A stretch of DNA of 64,000 nucleotides. It comes from Leptonemataceae bacterium. GTDB taxonomy: Bacteria; Spirochaetota; Leptospiria; Leptospirales; Leptonemataceae. The number at the start of each line of letters is the position of its first letter. Within the stretch, counting starts at the first letter, position 1. Below, in pieces: positions 1 through 10,162 of the stretch. The stretch is taken from NCBI GenBank assembly GCA_965227295.1, contig OZ245742.1:1120001-1184000 (forward strand). Direction: 5' to 3'. The notes beneath the pieces were generated by a model. That model saw only the letters and a list, made by a program, of their open reading frames with translations, was not told the origin of the DNA and made no database searches. The position numbers and the translations under genes are program-made.

Positions 1-75
1 ACCGCACTGCACGACAGCCGCCGCAAGGATCAGCACGGCAATACCGCGCAGCGGATTCTGGTAATCTTGCATCAT
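1..75 (-). CDS. 5' end of a putative lipoprotein running off the window edge
   Basis: The reverse strand reads MMQDYQNPLRGIAVLILAAAVVQCG (hydrophobic stretch then Cys) and starts 6 nt after the BCCT stop. Too short to appear in the ORF track. Confidence 0.5.
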   Translation of the reverse strand, partial: MMQDYQNPLRGIAVLILAAAVVQCG

Positions 76-81
76 GTGTAC

Positions 82-1716
82 TTAAGAAACCGTGGCACTA
101 TCGGCGGAAGCGGTCTTCGACTTCGGGTGCGGGGCACCGATCTTCAGGAACTTGTGTGGTCGCGCCGCCACGCGGATGAGTGCCATGGTAATAGCGATCA
201 CGAGAAAGAGCGCGGGCAGGCCGCCGAGTTGCGAAAGCGTCTTCACGCCTTCGATGCCCCCGGCGCTCACCATGAACAGGGCGATGGCGCCCACCGTAAG
301 GCCCCACACAAGTTTAATCAGCGGCCCCGGTTCGGGACTATCCGGTGAAACACCGGCGGTACTGATGCCGCCCATGGCACTGGTATTCGAATCGGCCGCC
401 GTTACGTACGACAAAAACGAAGTTAAGACGAAGACCACCACCACCAGCGAAGTGAACGGGAATTCGTCGAGGATCGCGTAGACTACCGACTCCGGCCCGT
501 GGGACAGCAGACGTTCATAGAGCCCGGCGCCCTCGACGGAATCGAGGTAAATCGACGTGCCGCCGAAGATGGTCATCCACACTGCGCCGAAGAGCGCGGG
601 TACGATCCAGTTGAACAGAACGAACTCACGCACAGTATAACCGTAACCGATCCGCCCGAGGAAGAGCGCCGTAATCGGCGCCCAGGCCAACCAGTTCGCC
701 CAGTAAAAGATGGTCCAGTACTGCGGCCACTTGTCCTCGATCTCGGCACCGGTGAACAGACCCGTGCTCCCCGTAAACAACGACATGCTGAAGAAGTTCG
801 TAATGTAGCTGCCGATACCCTCGGCACCGAAGCTGAGGATGAACCCCGTGGGCCCGGCGAACAACACGAAGGCGGCGATGGCAAAGAAGATTTTTGCGTT
901 AACGTCGGAAAGAATGCGAATGCCTTTCATCAAACCGCTCAACGACGAAATAATGAACGTGATTACGATGGCCCCGGCGATCGCCGGCAGCAGCCAGTCC
1001 GCGGGCCCGATATCCGCCAGATGCCGAATGCCTCCCGCTAATGTAAGAATACCTGTACCTAACGACGAAGCCATGCCGGCAACGAGAGCGTACAGACACA
1101 CGGAGTCGATCACCGCGGAACCGGCCTTTGTTTCTTTCAAGATCGGCGTAAGCGTGGCACCGAGACTGAACGAGCCGCCCATGTTGTAGTAGGCCAGCGC
1201 GAACATCAACGCCGGTACCGTATAGATGGCGTACGGTGTAAACGTCCAGTGCAGATACAACGAACTCATGGCGAACTTCGCCGCCCGCGCGGATTCCGGC
1301 TCCATGTCCATGGAAGCCGGCGGTTTGTGGATGTGATACAACGGCTCGGCCGTGGCCCAGAACATGACGCCGATGGCGATGGTGGTGCAGAGGACGATGG
1401 AAAACCACTTCCAGCGATCCAGCATGGGCTTCGCATCCGGGCCGCCGATGCGATAACCCGCCAGGGGCGAGAAGTTCACCCAGACGCAGACGCCCACCAT
1501 AACAAGAGTGGTGACATTGAACAACCAGCCGAAGCGATCCAGGGCCCACTCTTTGGCGGTGTTCGTGTATGCGAGAAAGAGCGGGCCGTCCACCGCGCTC
1601 AAGATCGCCGCCGCCGCCAGAAGAAGAAAGGGCGGCCAGAAAACGCTATGCCGTAGATTTTTCAATAATCCAGTATGTCGAATCGGCGTTTGAAATGCAA
1701 CAAGATCGGCGCACAC
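82..1716 (-). CDS. BCCT family (betaine/carnitine/choline) transporter
   Basis: About 12 TM helices; motifs AEPLYH, WTIFYWANWLAWAP, FLGRIGYGYTVREF and VTAADS typical of BCCT. The true start may be the TTG at 1665. Confidence 0.9.
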   Translation of the reverse strand: MCADLVAFQTPIRHTGLLKNLRHSVFWPPFLLLAAAAILSAVDGPLFLAYTNTAKEWALDRFGWLFNVTTLVMVGVCVWVNFSPLAGYRIGGPDAKPMLDRWKWFSIVLCTTIAIGVMFWATAEPLYHIHKPPASMDMEPESARAAKFAMSSLYLHWTFTPYAIYTVPALMFALAYYNMGGSFSLGATLTPILKETKAGSAVIDSVCLYALVAGMASSLGTGILTLAGGIRHLADIGPADWLLPAIAGAIVITFIISSLSGLMKGIRILSDVNAKIFFAIAAFVLFAGPTGFILSFGAEGIGSYITNFFSMSLFTGSTGLFTGAEIEDKWPQYWTIFYWANWLAWAPITALFLGRIGYGYTVREFVLFNWIVPALFGAVWMTIFGGTSIYLDSVEGAGLYERLLSHGPESVVYAILDEFPFTSLVVVVFVLTSFLSYVTAADSNTSAMGGISTAGVSPDSPEPGPLIKLVWGLTVGAIALFMVSAGGIEGVKTLSQLGGLPALFLVIAITMALIRVAARPHKFLKIGAPHPKSKTASADSATVS

Positions 1717-2492
1717 AAAACAATCGAATGCTCGTCTTCACGGATCTCGACGGCACCCTGCTAAATCATCATGACTATTCCTACGACGACGCCCGTCCCG
1801 CGCTGGAACGCCTGCGTCTGGCGGACATTCCCATCATCCTCACAACGTCCAAAACCGCGGCCGAAGTCGAAGCCCTGCGCTCCGAGCTGGACAACCACGA
1901 TCCGTACATCGTGGAGAATGGCAGCCTCTACTTCGCCGGCGACCACGAGCCGGAGTACCTGGCGCCGCACTACGACGAAACCCTCGCCGCCCTGCATGAA
2001 CTCCGTGAGCACTACGCCTTTCCCTTTCGCGGCTTTGCCGATATGGATGATTCGGCCGTTGCCGAAGCCACCGGGCTGAAACTCGTCGACGCGCGCCGGT
2101 CACGCCGACGGCTCAGCTCGGAACCGATCCTGTGGGACGGCGACGATGCGCGGCTCGGCGAGTTCGAGGAGCGACTGAGTAAGATTGGCTTCCGGCTGCT
2201 TCGTGGCGGCCGGTTCTATCACGTACTTGGGGCGCGGGCCGGCAAAGATCACGCCATGCGCTCCATCGCGGCGGGGTACGCCGGCGGCGAAGATGTGCTG
2301 ACCGTAGCTCTCGGGGATTCGCCGAACGACGCGGACATGCTCGAGAGCGCGAGCGTAGCCGTGGTGATTCCAGCGGCGACGGGAAAAAGACTGGAACTGA
2401 AGCGCACCGAACGAACAATATACGCAGCACAGCCGGGCCCCGCCGGATGGAACACCGCCGTGCAACGCATCCTCGATCAATACGGCTACTAA
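1695..2492 (+). CDS. HAD-IIB mannosyl/glucosyl-3-phosphoglycerate phosphatase (MpgP/GpgP-like)
   Basis: FTDLDGTLL, TTSKT, VENG, GGRFYH and LGDSPND motifs; next to a glycosyltransferase and a GH13 phosphorylase. Confidence 0.85.
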   Translation: MQQDRRTQNNRMLVFTDLDGTLLNHHDYSYDDARPALERLRLADIPIILTTSKTAAEVEALRSELDNHDPYIVENGSLYFAGDHEPEYLAPHYDETLAALHELREHYAFPFRGFADMDDSAVAEATGLKLVDARRSRRRLSSEPILWDGDDARLGEFEERLSKIGFRLLRGGRFYHVLGARAGKDHAMRSIAAGYAGGEDVLTVALGDSPNDADMLESASVAVVIPAATGKRLELKRTERTIYAAQPGPAGWNTAVQRILDQYGY

Positions 2493-2506
2493 CGGCACAG
2501 GAAACT

Positions 2507-3742
2507 ATGGGCGATTTTTTTCAGAACGGCGTAATCACAACTCTGCACAACTTAGGTGACCGGCCCCTCGAAGAACTCGAAGATGAGCTGCGCAGTTTCC
2601 GCAATCGCAATCCCATGGCGCTGGTATTGCCCTCGCTCTACTCCGAGCTGCAGGGACCGGCCCTGGGCAAGATCATCGACGAACTCGCGCACGCCGACTA
2701 CATCGACGAAATCATCATCGGCCTGGACCGCGCCAACGAGAACGAGTTCCTGCACGCCCGGGATTACTTCTCGCGATTGCCCCAGCGCCATCGCGTTATT
2801 TGGAACGACGGCCCGAAGATGCGCGCGCTGCACGAACGTCTATCGAACCTGGGTTTGGCCCCGTCCGAGCCGGGCAAAGGCCGCAACGTCTGGTACTGCT
2901 TCGGCTATTTTCTGGCCTCGGGGCGTGCGAACACGGTGGCGCTGCATGACTGCGACATCCTGGCATACTCCCGTGCCCTGCCCGCGCGATTGTTCTATCC
3001 CATCGCCCATCCCGGCTTCAGCTACAAGTTCTGCAAGGGCTACTACTACCGGGCGGCCGGGGGCAAGCTCAACGGGCGCGTGAGTCGATTGCTCGTAACA
3101 CCGTTGATTCGCGCGCTGCAAAAGGCCTTCGGTGCCGGCGAGTGGAACGCTTACCTCGAGTATCTCGACAGCTTTCGATATCCCCTGGCCGGCGAGTTCT
3201 GCATGGGTCGCGACGTCGTAAAGATCGTGCGCATTCCCAGCGACTGGGGCCTGGAGATCGGCGTACTTTCCGAAGTGCATCGGAACTACTCGTGGCAGCG
3301 CATCTGTCAGGTGGACATCGCCGACGCCTACGACCACAAGCACCAGGATGTGAGCGCGGACGATAAGTCGCGCGGACTCTCGCGGATGAGCATCGATATC
3401 TCCAAGGCCATCTTTCGTAAAATGGCGACCAACGGCGCGATCTTCACGCCGGAACTTTTTCGTACGCTCAAGGCCGTTTACTATCGCATCGCCCTGGACT
3501 TCGTGGAGCAGTACCACAGCGACGCGGTCATGAACGGCATGCAGCTCGATCGTCATTCCGAAGAGCGCACAGTGGAACTCTTCGCCGAGAACCTCGTCGC
3601 CGCCGGCAAACGTTTTCTGGAAAATCCCATGGAGACGCCGTTCATCCCCAGTTGGGAACGGGTCTCCAGTGCCATCCCCGATTTTCTGGAGCTGCTCTAC
3701 GAAGCCGTCGAGGTGGACAACCAGTCAGGAGATCCGGCGTGA
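2507..3742 (+). CDS. GT-A glycosyltransferase, glucosyl-3-phosphoglycerate synthase-like
   Basis: N-terminus MGDFFQNGVITTLH, GKGRNVW, HDCD (DxD), GRVSRL, YPLAGEF, DWGLEIG, YDHKHQ. Confidence 0.8.
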   Translation: MGDFFQNGVITTLHNLGDRPLEELEDELRSFRNRNPMALVLPSLYSELQGPALGKIIDELAHADYIDEIIIGLDRANENEFLHARDYFSRLPQRHRVIWNDGPKMRALHERLSNLGLAPSEPGKGRNVWYCFGYFLASGRANTVALHDCDILAYSRALPARLFYPIAHPGFSYKFCKGYYYRAAGGKLNGRVSRLLVTPLIRALQKAFGAGEWNAYLEYLDSFRYPLAGEFCMGRDVVKIVRIPSDWGLEIGVLSEVHRNYSWQRICQVDIADAYDHKHQDVSADDKSRGLSRMSIDISKAIFRKMATNGAIFTPELFRTLKAVYYRIALDFVEQYHSDAVMNGMQLDRHSEERTVELFAENLVAAGKRFLENPMETPFIPSWERVSSAIPDFLELLYEAVEVDNQSGDPA

Positions 3743-5469
3743 CAGCCCCGGGCATCCGGTACGAGGCGAAACCGATCCCGGCCCGCCTCCGGGCGCTGTA
3801 CTCCGACGAAGACGCCGACCTCGCCTTCCACGAAATCCGCGGGCTCATTATGAAATACCGCCGCCGCATTCAGTCGGAGCCGTACCGTCTCAGTGAGAAA
3901 GACGTCATCCTCATCACGTACGGCGATCAGGTCCACCGCCGCGGCGAGGCCACGCTGAAAACCCTGGGCACGTTCCTGGATCAACGCCTGCGCGACGTCG
4001 TAAACTCGGTGCACATCCTGCCGTTTTATCCGTACAGTTCCGACGACGGATTCTCCGTCATCGATTACGTACGCGTGGACCCGAAGCTCGGCCGCTGGCA
4101 CGACATCGAAGAACTCGGCCGCCGCGGTTACCGCCTCATGTTCGACGCGGTGATCAATCACATCTCCCGTCACAGCGATTGGTTTCGTCGTTACCTGGAC
4201 TGCGATCCCGAGTACGAAGATTTCTTCACGGACGTCGATCCGTCAACGGACCTGTCGTCGGTAGTGCGGCCGCGCACGTCACCGATTCTGTCCGACTTCA
4301 CCGACGCTCGCGGCCGGCAGCGCGCCGTGTGGTGCACGTTCAGTCACGATCAGATCGACCTCAACTACGCGAACTATCGCGTCCTGCTCGCGGTACTGGA
4401 CGTGTTGTTTCAGTACATCGAACGCGGGGCGAAGCTGCTGCGATTGGACGCCATCGCGTTCGTATGGAAGGAACTCGGCGGGCCCTGCGTACATCTGCGG
4501 CAAACCCACGAACTCATTCAGTTAATGCGCGAGGTGCTGCATCAGGTCGCGCCGGAGGTGATCATCATCACCGAAACGAACGTGCCGCATAAAGAAAACG
4601 TTTCGTATTTCGGCAACGGCGACGACGAGGCCCAGATGGTCTACAACTTCGCCCTGCCGCCGTTGCTTGCTTACAGCTTGCTCAAAGGCGACACCACGAC
4701 ACTGAAACACTGGGCACGCTCGCTCGAACTACCCAGCGACAAGGTTTGCTTCTTTAACTTTACAGCTTCCCACGACGGGGTCGGCCTGCGTCCGGTCCAG
4801 GATGTCCTGCCGCCGGAGGACATTCATTTTCTCGTACAGACCGCAACGAACCACGGCGGACGCGTTTCGTACCGCGCCATGAGCGACGGCAGCCGCTCCC
4901 CCTACGAACTCAACTGCAACTACATGGACCTGCTCACGCACCCGGACGTGGACAACGAGGTCCGCGCGGCCCGTCTCCTGCTATCTCAGGCCGTCACACT
5001 CGCGATGCCCGGTGTCCCCGGCGTATACTTTCACTCGCTGGTGGGCTCACGGAACTGGACGGACGGCGTAAACATCACGGGCGTCAATCGTTCGATCAAT
5101 CGGCAGAAACTGGAACTGGACCTACTGGAAGCAGAACTGGACGATGCCGGACACCTCCGGCATCGCGTTTTTACGGAGTATCGCCGCCTCATTGAAATTC
5201 GCACGGCCGAGGCGGCCTTCGATCCCTTCGGCCCGTTCTCGTTTCCCGACGCCGGGCCGGGCATCTTCGCCATCCACCAGCGCGCACAAACTTCCAGTGA
5301 ACAAATAGTAGCATTACACAACTTCCAGAGCGGCCCGCGCACCGCGACGCTCCCGGACGACTTCCCCCTGCCCGCCGTCGACCTCCTCACCGGCGCAACA
5401 ATCAGCGAACGCAACGTCGAACTAAACGCCTACACCATCCTCTGGTTGAAACACGGCGAATCCCCATGA
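3739..5469 (+). CDS. GH13_18 sugar phosphorylase, probably glucosylglycerate phosphorylase
   Basis: LITYGD, HILPFYPYSSDDGFSV, RLDAIAF (nucleophile), TETNVP (acid/base), ASHDG and YELN. GTG start overlaps the upstream TGA (GTGA). Confidence 0.85.
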   Translation: MTAPGIRYEAKPIPARLRALYSDEDADLAFHEIRGLIMKYRRRIQSEPYRLSEKDVILITYGDQVHRRGEATLKTLGTFLDQRLRDVVNSVHILPFYPYSSDDGFSVIDYVRVDPKLGRWHDIEELGRRGYRLMFDAVINHISRHSDWFRRYLDCDPEYEDFFTDVDPSTDLSSVVRPRTSPILSDFTDARGRQRAVWCTFSHDQIDLNYANYRVLLAVLDVLFQYIERGAKLLRLDAIAFVWKELGGPCVHLRQTHELIQLMREVLHQVAPEVIIITETNVPHKENVSYFGNGDDEAQMVYNFALPPLLAYSLLKGDTTTLKHWARSLELPSDKVCFFNFTASHDGVGLRPVQDVLPPEDIHFLVQTATNHGGRVSYRAMSDGSRSPYELNCNYMDLLTHPDVDNEVRAARLLLSQAVTLAMPGVPGVYFHSLVGSRNWTDGVNITGVNRSINRQKLELDLLEAELDDAGHLRHRVFTEYRRLIEIRTAEAAFDPFGPFSFPDAGPGIFAIHQRAQTSSEQIVALHNFQSGPRTATLPDDFPLPAVDLLTGATISERNVELNAYTILWLKHGESP

Positions 5470-6353
5470 ACCTGCGCCTCGCGAAGGGCTACGGTCCCAC
5501 CGCCCCCGAGGCCGCACTCTTTCACCGTTTCGTTGGCGAAGTCTTCGGCGGGGAAGTTTCATTCGAAGACTGGGCGAGGCGCGGCTACTGGAGCGATCGC
5601 TACGTGCCGTACTCATTCATCGACGGCAATCGTATGGTGGCCAACGCCTCAGCGGTTCGCATGCAGTTGATCGCAGGCCCGGACGGCGCGCCGCGATACA
5701 CGTCCGGCATCCAGTTCGCCACCGTCGGCACGGCACCCGAATACAGAGACCGCGGACTTGCCCGCCGATTGATCCAGGCCGCCCTGGACGATCATCGCGA
5801 CGCGGCGTACGTCTTTCTCTACGGCAACGACGACGTGCTGGATTTTTATCCGAAGCTCGGCTTCAGCCCGGTACAGGAACATCTCTTCGAAGGCGCGCCA
5901 CAAACCTGCGCTCAATTAAACTTACGCCGTCTCACCTTCACCGGGGACACCCCCATCATTGAACGCATGGCTCGCGAACGCCAGCCGATCACGCATCGCT
6001 TCGGAGCAGCGGACTACGACCACATCCTGCTGTTTCACATCATGCACTTCTTTCCCGGGGCCCTGCACCACTTTCCCGATGACGATATTCTGATCATTAC
6101 CACCGCGGAAGCAGGCACCCTGCATGTGCATGACATACTCTTCACTCGCGAAATTGCAGCGGAGGATCTGCGTGCTTGTGTCTATGTCATTGCCGCGGAA
6201 CACAAAGTCCGGCGCATCGTGTACCACTTCACGCCGGAACGTGTGGATCCGGCGGCCCGCCCGTTCGAGACTCGTTTCGATTCACCGCTGTTCGTGCGCG
6301 GAGCACTTCCGGCCTCGCCGCCTTTCAAGTTCCCGGCCCTGGCGCAAACGTAA
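5466..6353 (+). CDS. GNAT family N-acetyltransferase
   Basis: VGTAPEYRDRGLARRL acetyl-CoA motif and FYPKLGF; ATGA overlap with the upstream gene. Confidence 0.85.
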   Translation: MNLRLAKGYGPTAPEAALFHRFVGEVFGGEVSFEDWARRGYWSDRYVPYSFIDGNRMVANASAVRMQLIAGPDGAPRYTSGIQFATVGTAPEYRDRGLARRLIQAALDDHRDAAYVFLYGNDDVLDFYPKLGFSPVQEHLFEGAPQTCAQLNLRRLTFTGDTPIIERMARERQPITHRFGAADYDHILLFHIMHFFPGALHHFPDDDILIITTAEAGTLHVHDILFTREIAAEDLRACVYVIAAEHKVRRIVYHFTPERVDPAARPFETRFDSPLFVRGALPASPPFKFPALAQT

Positions 6354-6354
6354 C

Positions 6355-7353
6355 TCACAGCTCGATAACACAGATCACCGGCAAATGATCCGACCCCACG
6401 AAGGCTCCCGTTCTCCGCGAAACAATGCGCAATTCTTTCGAAGCCAGACAATGATCGATGGGAATCTTCCGCAAGATGCCGCCGCTGTGCCAGGTCGGCA
6501 GCCAGCCCATGCCGTACGGATATTCCAGCCGCGATTCGCGGATCCAGCGGCGAAAGTCCGGGGACCAGGGCGTGTTGTTGAGATCGCCGGCAAGAATCAA
6601 CGGCCGCTCGGAGTTTCGCGAACGCAGCAGTAGTTCCCGAACCGAATGGTTTCGCGCCGCCGCGGATACCGGCGCCATGGGCGGCGGCGGATGAGCCGCC
6701 ATGACTTCGAGAGGCCGACCATGGACATCCAGCTCCGCATGGATCGCCGGAATGCCCACACGATAGAGACCGTAATAGACCATCTCGGCTTTGCGCAACG
6801 GATACTTCGAGAACAACCCGATGCCGAATTTATCTCCGCGAATTTCTTCGATGGAATGCGGGTAGAGTTCGCGCAACGTCGGTTCCAGGGCATCGAACCA
6901 GGCCGAATCGATCTCCTGCAGCGTAACCACGTCCGCGTTCTCGGTACGCAACAGCTCACTTACAGCATGGTAACGATGATTCGGTTGCAGTACGTTTAGA
7001 GACAGCAATTTCAATCGCCGCGGTGACCGGGCGGCCCGGACCTCCGCCGATACGCCGCCGCCGTCGAAGCGGCCGAAGAGCAACGGTGCGGCGTCCAACA
7101 GATTCACCGCAAATATCAGCACGGCGAAAGCTAAGAACGCGGGCCGGCGCAGCACGGCGAACAGGACTCCCGCAAGCAGCGCCGCAACGACGTAGTGCAT
7201 GCGAAAGTGTGCGAAGAGTTCCAGTGCGGCATGCTGATGACCCTGAAACGAAAGCGCGGTTCCCAGAGCCATGCCGAGGCAACCGAGTAAGGCGAAGGCC
7301 GCAAGAATATCCGCGGATCGCGAAATCATCGACGCAAGCTTCTCAAAAGACAT
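6355..7353 (-). CDS. Membrane-anchored endonuclease/exonuclease/phosphatase (EEP) family protein
   Basis: Three N-terminal TM segments; SLNV, LQE, AGDLN, PIDH and GSDHLP motifs. Start uncertain. Confidence 0.85.
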   Translation of the reverse strand: MSFEKLASMISRSADILAAFALLGCLGMALGTALSFQGHQHAALELFAHFRMHYVVAALLAGVLFAVLRRPAFLAFAVLIFAVNLLDAAPLLFGRFDGGGVSAEVRAARSPRRLKLLSLNVLQPNHRYHAVSELLRTENADVVTLQEIDSAWFDALEPTLRELYPHSIEEIRGDKFGIGLFSKYPLRKAEMVYYGLYRVGIPAIHAELDVHGRPLEVMAAHPPPPMAPVSAAARNHSVRELLLRSRNSERPLILAGDLNNTPWSPDFRRWIRESRLEYPYGMGWLPTWHSGGILRKIPIDHCLASKELRIVSRRTGAFVGSDHLPVICVIEL

Positions 7354-7422
7354 GAGCTGTACATAACACAATCCCTCATCGGCGTCTCGCACCCGGGTGC
7401 GCGCGTCGCGGAACCCGGCCGC

Positions 7423-9156
7423 TCAATCAAAGAGTTTCCCGGGGTTCAGAATGCCCTGGGGGTCCGCTTCTTTCTTGAACGCACGCAGGCCGGCAACGGC
7501 GAGTTTGCCGGTGAGCTTCTCGTACCAGGGTGCGTGATCGGCGCCGACGCCGTGGTGATGCGAGATGGTCGCACCAATTTTCGCGATGGCGTCCGAAGCG
7601 GCGGTCTTGTACTTACGCCACTGACCGACCGGATCTTTCACATCCATGCGAAACATGAACGTAAAATACAAACACGCCCCGTCGTGATAGCTGTGACTCA
7701 GGTGGCAAAACGCCAGGGTCTCCGGGGACACTGTCTTGAGCGCCTCGATCACAGCGGCGTGCAGTTCTTTCGCCTTCGCGTACGTCGTCGCCGTTTCCAG
7801 GGTATCCACGCCCACGCCGAAATTCATGACGTGATTCCGCAGGAACGGCATGTTGAATCGTCCCCGCAGCCAGCGTTCGCCCACGGACCGCCCGGCAAAG
7901 AATCCGCCGTGTTTGCGAATGATCCGCCGCAACGTGATCTCTTCGCGGCCCATGCGTTCCTCTTCACCGTCCAGCCCGGCGACCACGATGCAACGACCTT
8001 CTCCCTGGCCCATCATCCGCAGCACACCTTCTTGCAGTCGATGTTTGATGCCGCTGAACGCCGCGGGTTTCTTCGTAACCTGCGCAAGAATCGAAAACAG
8101 GCGCGTCTCTTCGGCGTCGCTCAGACGCACCATCGAAAGGCCGAAGTCGTGAGTCGAACTATCGCGCTGAAAATCCAACGCCTTCTCGAACGAGGGAAAC
8201 ATGATGCCGAAGTACCGCCGTCCCTCGGGCAGCCGATGAATCTTCACCGTAACCCGCGTAATGATTCCCAGCAGCCCCTCACTCCCCGCCACAATCTGGT
8301 TGATGTCCGGACCGGCGCCGTCCGCCGGGACGTTCAGCGTCTCAATGACGCCCGCCGGCGTGAGCACCCGCACGGAAGAGATGATCTCTTCGATTTTTCC
8401 GTACCGATTCGATTGTTGGCCGCCGGAGCGCGCTGCGACCCAGCCGCCCAGCGTCGAGTATTCGAACGACTGGGGAAAGTGGCCGAGGGTAAAACCGCGC
8501 TCGCCGAGTTCCTGCTCGATCTGCGGGCCGAAGATCCCCGGCTCGAAGACGGCCTGGCGAGAGTACTCGTCCAGCTCCAGCAACTTGTTCATGCGCGTCA
8601 AATTCACCGTCAGCACGGCCTTTTGCCCGCCCCGTTTCAGCGCTTCCACGCCGCCGACAACGGACGAACCGCCGCCGTACGGAACCAGGGCGACCTTGTT
8701 CTTCGCGCACCAATCGAAGAGTTTCTTGATCTGTGCCTCGTTCGAAGGAAAGGCCACAGCGTCGGTAAAGTCTTTGAGCTGATCATTGCGCAATCGCACC
8801 ACGTCATGGTAGCTCTGGCCGGCCGAATGCAAGACTCGCATGCGCAGATCAGTGGTGGCCCCGTTTTTACCGACAATCCCCTGGAGAGCGCCGAGGTCCT
8901 TCTCGCTCAGCCGGGACTTCGGGACTTTCAGGTCCTCCAGGCGCACGGACGGAGTATCCGGCAGGGGCTCGCCCGCGCCGAACTCGGCCTCGAAAAACTC
9001 CCGAACATGGGGCACGCGGTCCGCGTAGAACCAGTCGTGGCCCTCGGAACCCCAGGCGTTCCAGCGGAGATTCTCGGGATCGTAGTTGATGTCGCTTTTG
9101 ATTTCAGGATAAAACACGCGGGCTCCTGCTCTGGTACTCAGAATCGGGATGGACAA
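7423..9156 (-). CDS. FAD-binding oxidoreductase, alkyl-dihydroxyacetone-phosphate synthase-like (VAO family)
   Basis: PYGGGSSVVGG, GHFPQSFEYSTLGGW, GSEGLLGII, HLSHSY, SHHHGVG and DPQGILNPGKL. Confidence 0.85.
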   Translation of the reverse strand: MSIPILSTRAGARVFYPEIKSDINYDPENLRWNAWGSEGHDWFYADRVPHVREFFEAEFGAGEPLPDTPSVRLEDLKVPKSRLSEKDLGALQGIVGKNGATTDLRMRVLHSAGQSYHDVVRLRNDQLKDFTDAVAFPSNEAQIKKLFDWCAKNKVALVPYGGGSSVVGGVEALKRGGQKAVLTVNLTRMNKLLELDEYSRQAVFEPGIFGPQIEQELGERGFTLGHFPQSFEYSTLGGWVAARSGGQQSNRYGKIEEIISSVRVLTPAGVIETLNVPADGAGPDINQIVAGSEGLLGIITRVTVKIHRLPEGRRYFGIMFPSFEKALDFQRDSSTHDFGLSMVRLSDAEETRLFSILAQVTKKPAAFSGIKHRLQEGVLRMMGQGEGRCIVVAGLDGEEERMGREEITLRRIIRKHGGFFAGRSVGERWLRGRFNMPFLRNHVMNFGVGVDTLETATTYAKAKELHAAVIEALKTVSPETLAFCHLSHSYHDGACLYFTFMFRMDVKDPVGQWRKYKTAASDAIAKIGATISHHHGVGADHAPWYEKLTGKLAVAGLRAFKKEADPQGILNPGKLFD

Positions 9157-9206
9157 ATCTCAGGAATGAGTATGATTTATCCGCTCTATCCTCGCTAAGC
9201 CACGCC

Positions 9207-10139
9207 ATGTTCAAAAGCAAGTTCCATTTTATCATCAACCCGAAATCTTCCGGCGGCTCCCTCGGCCGGGCCTGGCCCGACCTCCAATCCCTCATTCGCT
9301 CGGAGCTGCGAGACTTCACCTACGAGTTCACCGACGGCCGCGGGGCCGGCACGCACCTGGCCGCCCGGGCCCTGCGCGAGCAGAAACCGGACGTAATCGT
9401 CGTCGTGGGCGGGGACGGTACCGTCTCCGAGGTCGTGAACGGCTACTTCGAGCCCGGCGTGCCGAAGAAAAAGCCGCCCATCGCCATCATGAACAAAGGC
9501 ACCGGCGGGGATTTTTGCCGCACCATCGGCATGCCCAGCGATCCGCATCTCGCCATCGAAACCATCAAAAACGGCCGGGACATTCCCGTGGACGTCGGCA
9601 AGCTTTCCTTCGTGGATCACGAGGACCAGCAGATCGAGCGTTACTTCATCAACATTGCCGGCTGCGGCATGGCCGGTGAGGTCGTGCAGTCCGTGAACCA
9701 GAGCTCCAAACGCTTCGGCGGTTTCAGCTACTTCCTGGCCTCCGCGGGCAAGCTCCTGGGCTACCGCAACAAACCAGTGCGCATTTCCTGGGACGACGGC
9801 ACCACCACCGAGCACAAAATCGTCACCGTCGCCATCTGCAACGGCCAGTTCTTCGGCGGGGGCATGCAAATCAGCCCGCGCTCGGAGATCAGCGACGGCC
9901 TCTTCGACGTGGTGCTCATCAACGACTGGAACATCGCCCAATCGCTGTGGTACTCGAAGAACCTCTATGATGGTTCCATCCAGAAGTGCCGCGGCGTGGA
10001 AGTCCGCCGCGCCGAACGTCTCAGCATTGAACCGATCCATGCCGGCGACCGCGTCATCCTGGACGTGGACGGCGAATCCCCGGGCCGCATTCCGCTCACC
10101 GTGGAGATGCAACCCGCGGCCGTGCAGTTTCGAATCTAA
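9207..10139 (+). CDS. Diacylglycerol/lipid kinase family protein (YegS/DagK-like)
   Basis: IINPKSSG, GGDGTVSEVVNG, GTGGDF, NGQFFGGGM and DVDGE. Confidence 0.9.
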   Translation: MFKSKFHFIINPKSSGGSLGRAWPDLQSLIRSELRDFTYEFTDGRGAGTHLAARALREQKPDVIVVVGGDGTVSEVVNGYFEPGVPKKKPPIAIMNKGTGGDFCRTIGMPSDPHLAIETIKNGRDIPVDVGKLSFVDHEDQQIERYFINIAGCGMAGEVVQSVNQSSKRFGGFSYFLASAGKLLGYRNKPVRISWDDGTTTEHKIVTVAICNGQFFGGGMQISPRSEISDGLFDVVLINDWNIAQSLWYSKNLYDGSIQKCRGVEVRRAERLSIEPIHAGDRVILDVDGESPGRIPLTVEMQPAAVQFRI

Positions 10140-10162
10140 GCCGCGTGACTTCGTCCTCGGGC

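Noticed and set aside
7534-9198. 554-aa + strand ORF antisense to the AGPS-like gene (likewise 9195-10352, 13241-14293, 28641-29744, 42032-43306)
   Set aside because: No recognisable motifs, and each overlaps well-supported genes. Long shadow ORFs are expected in GC-rich DNA.
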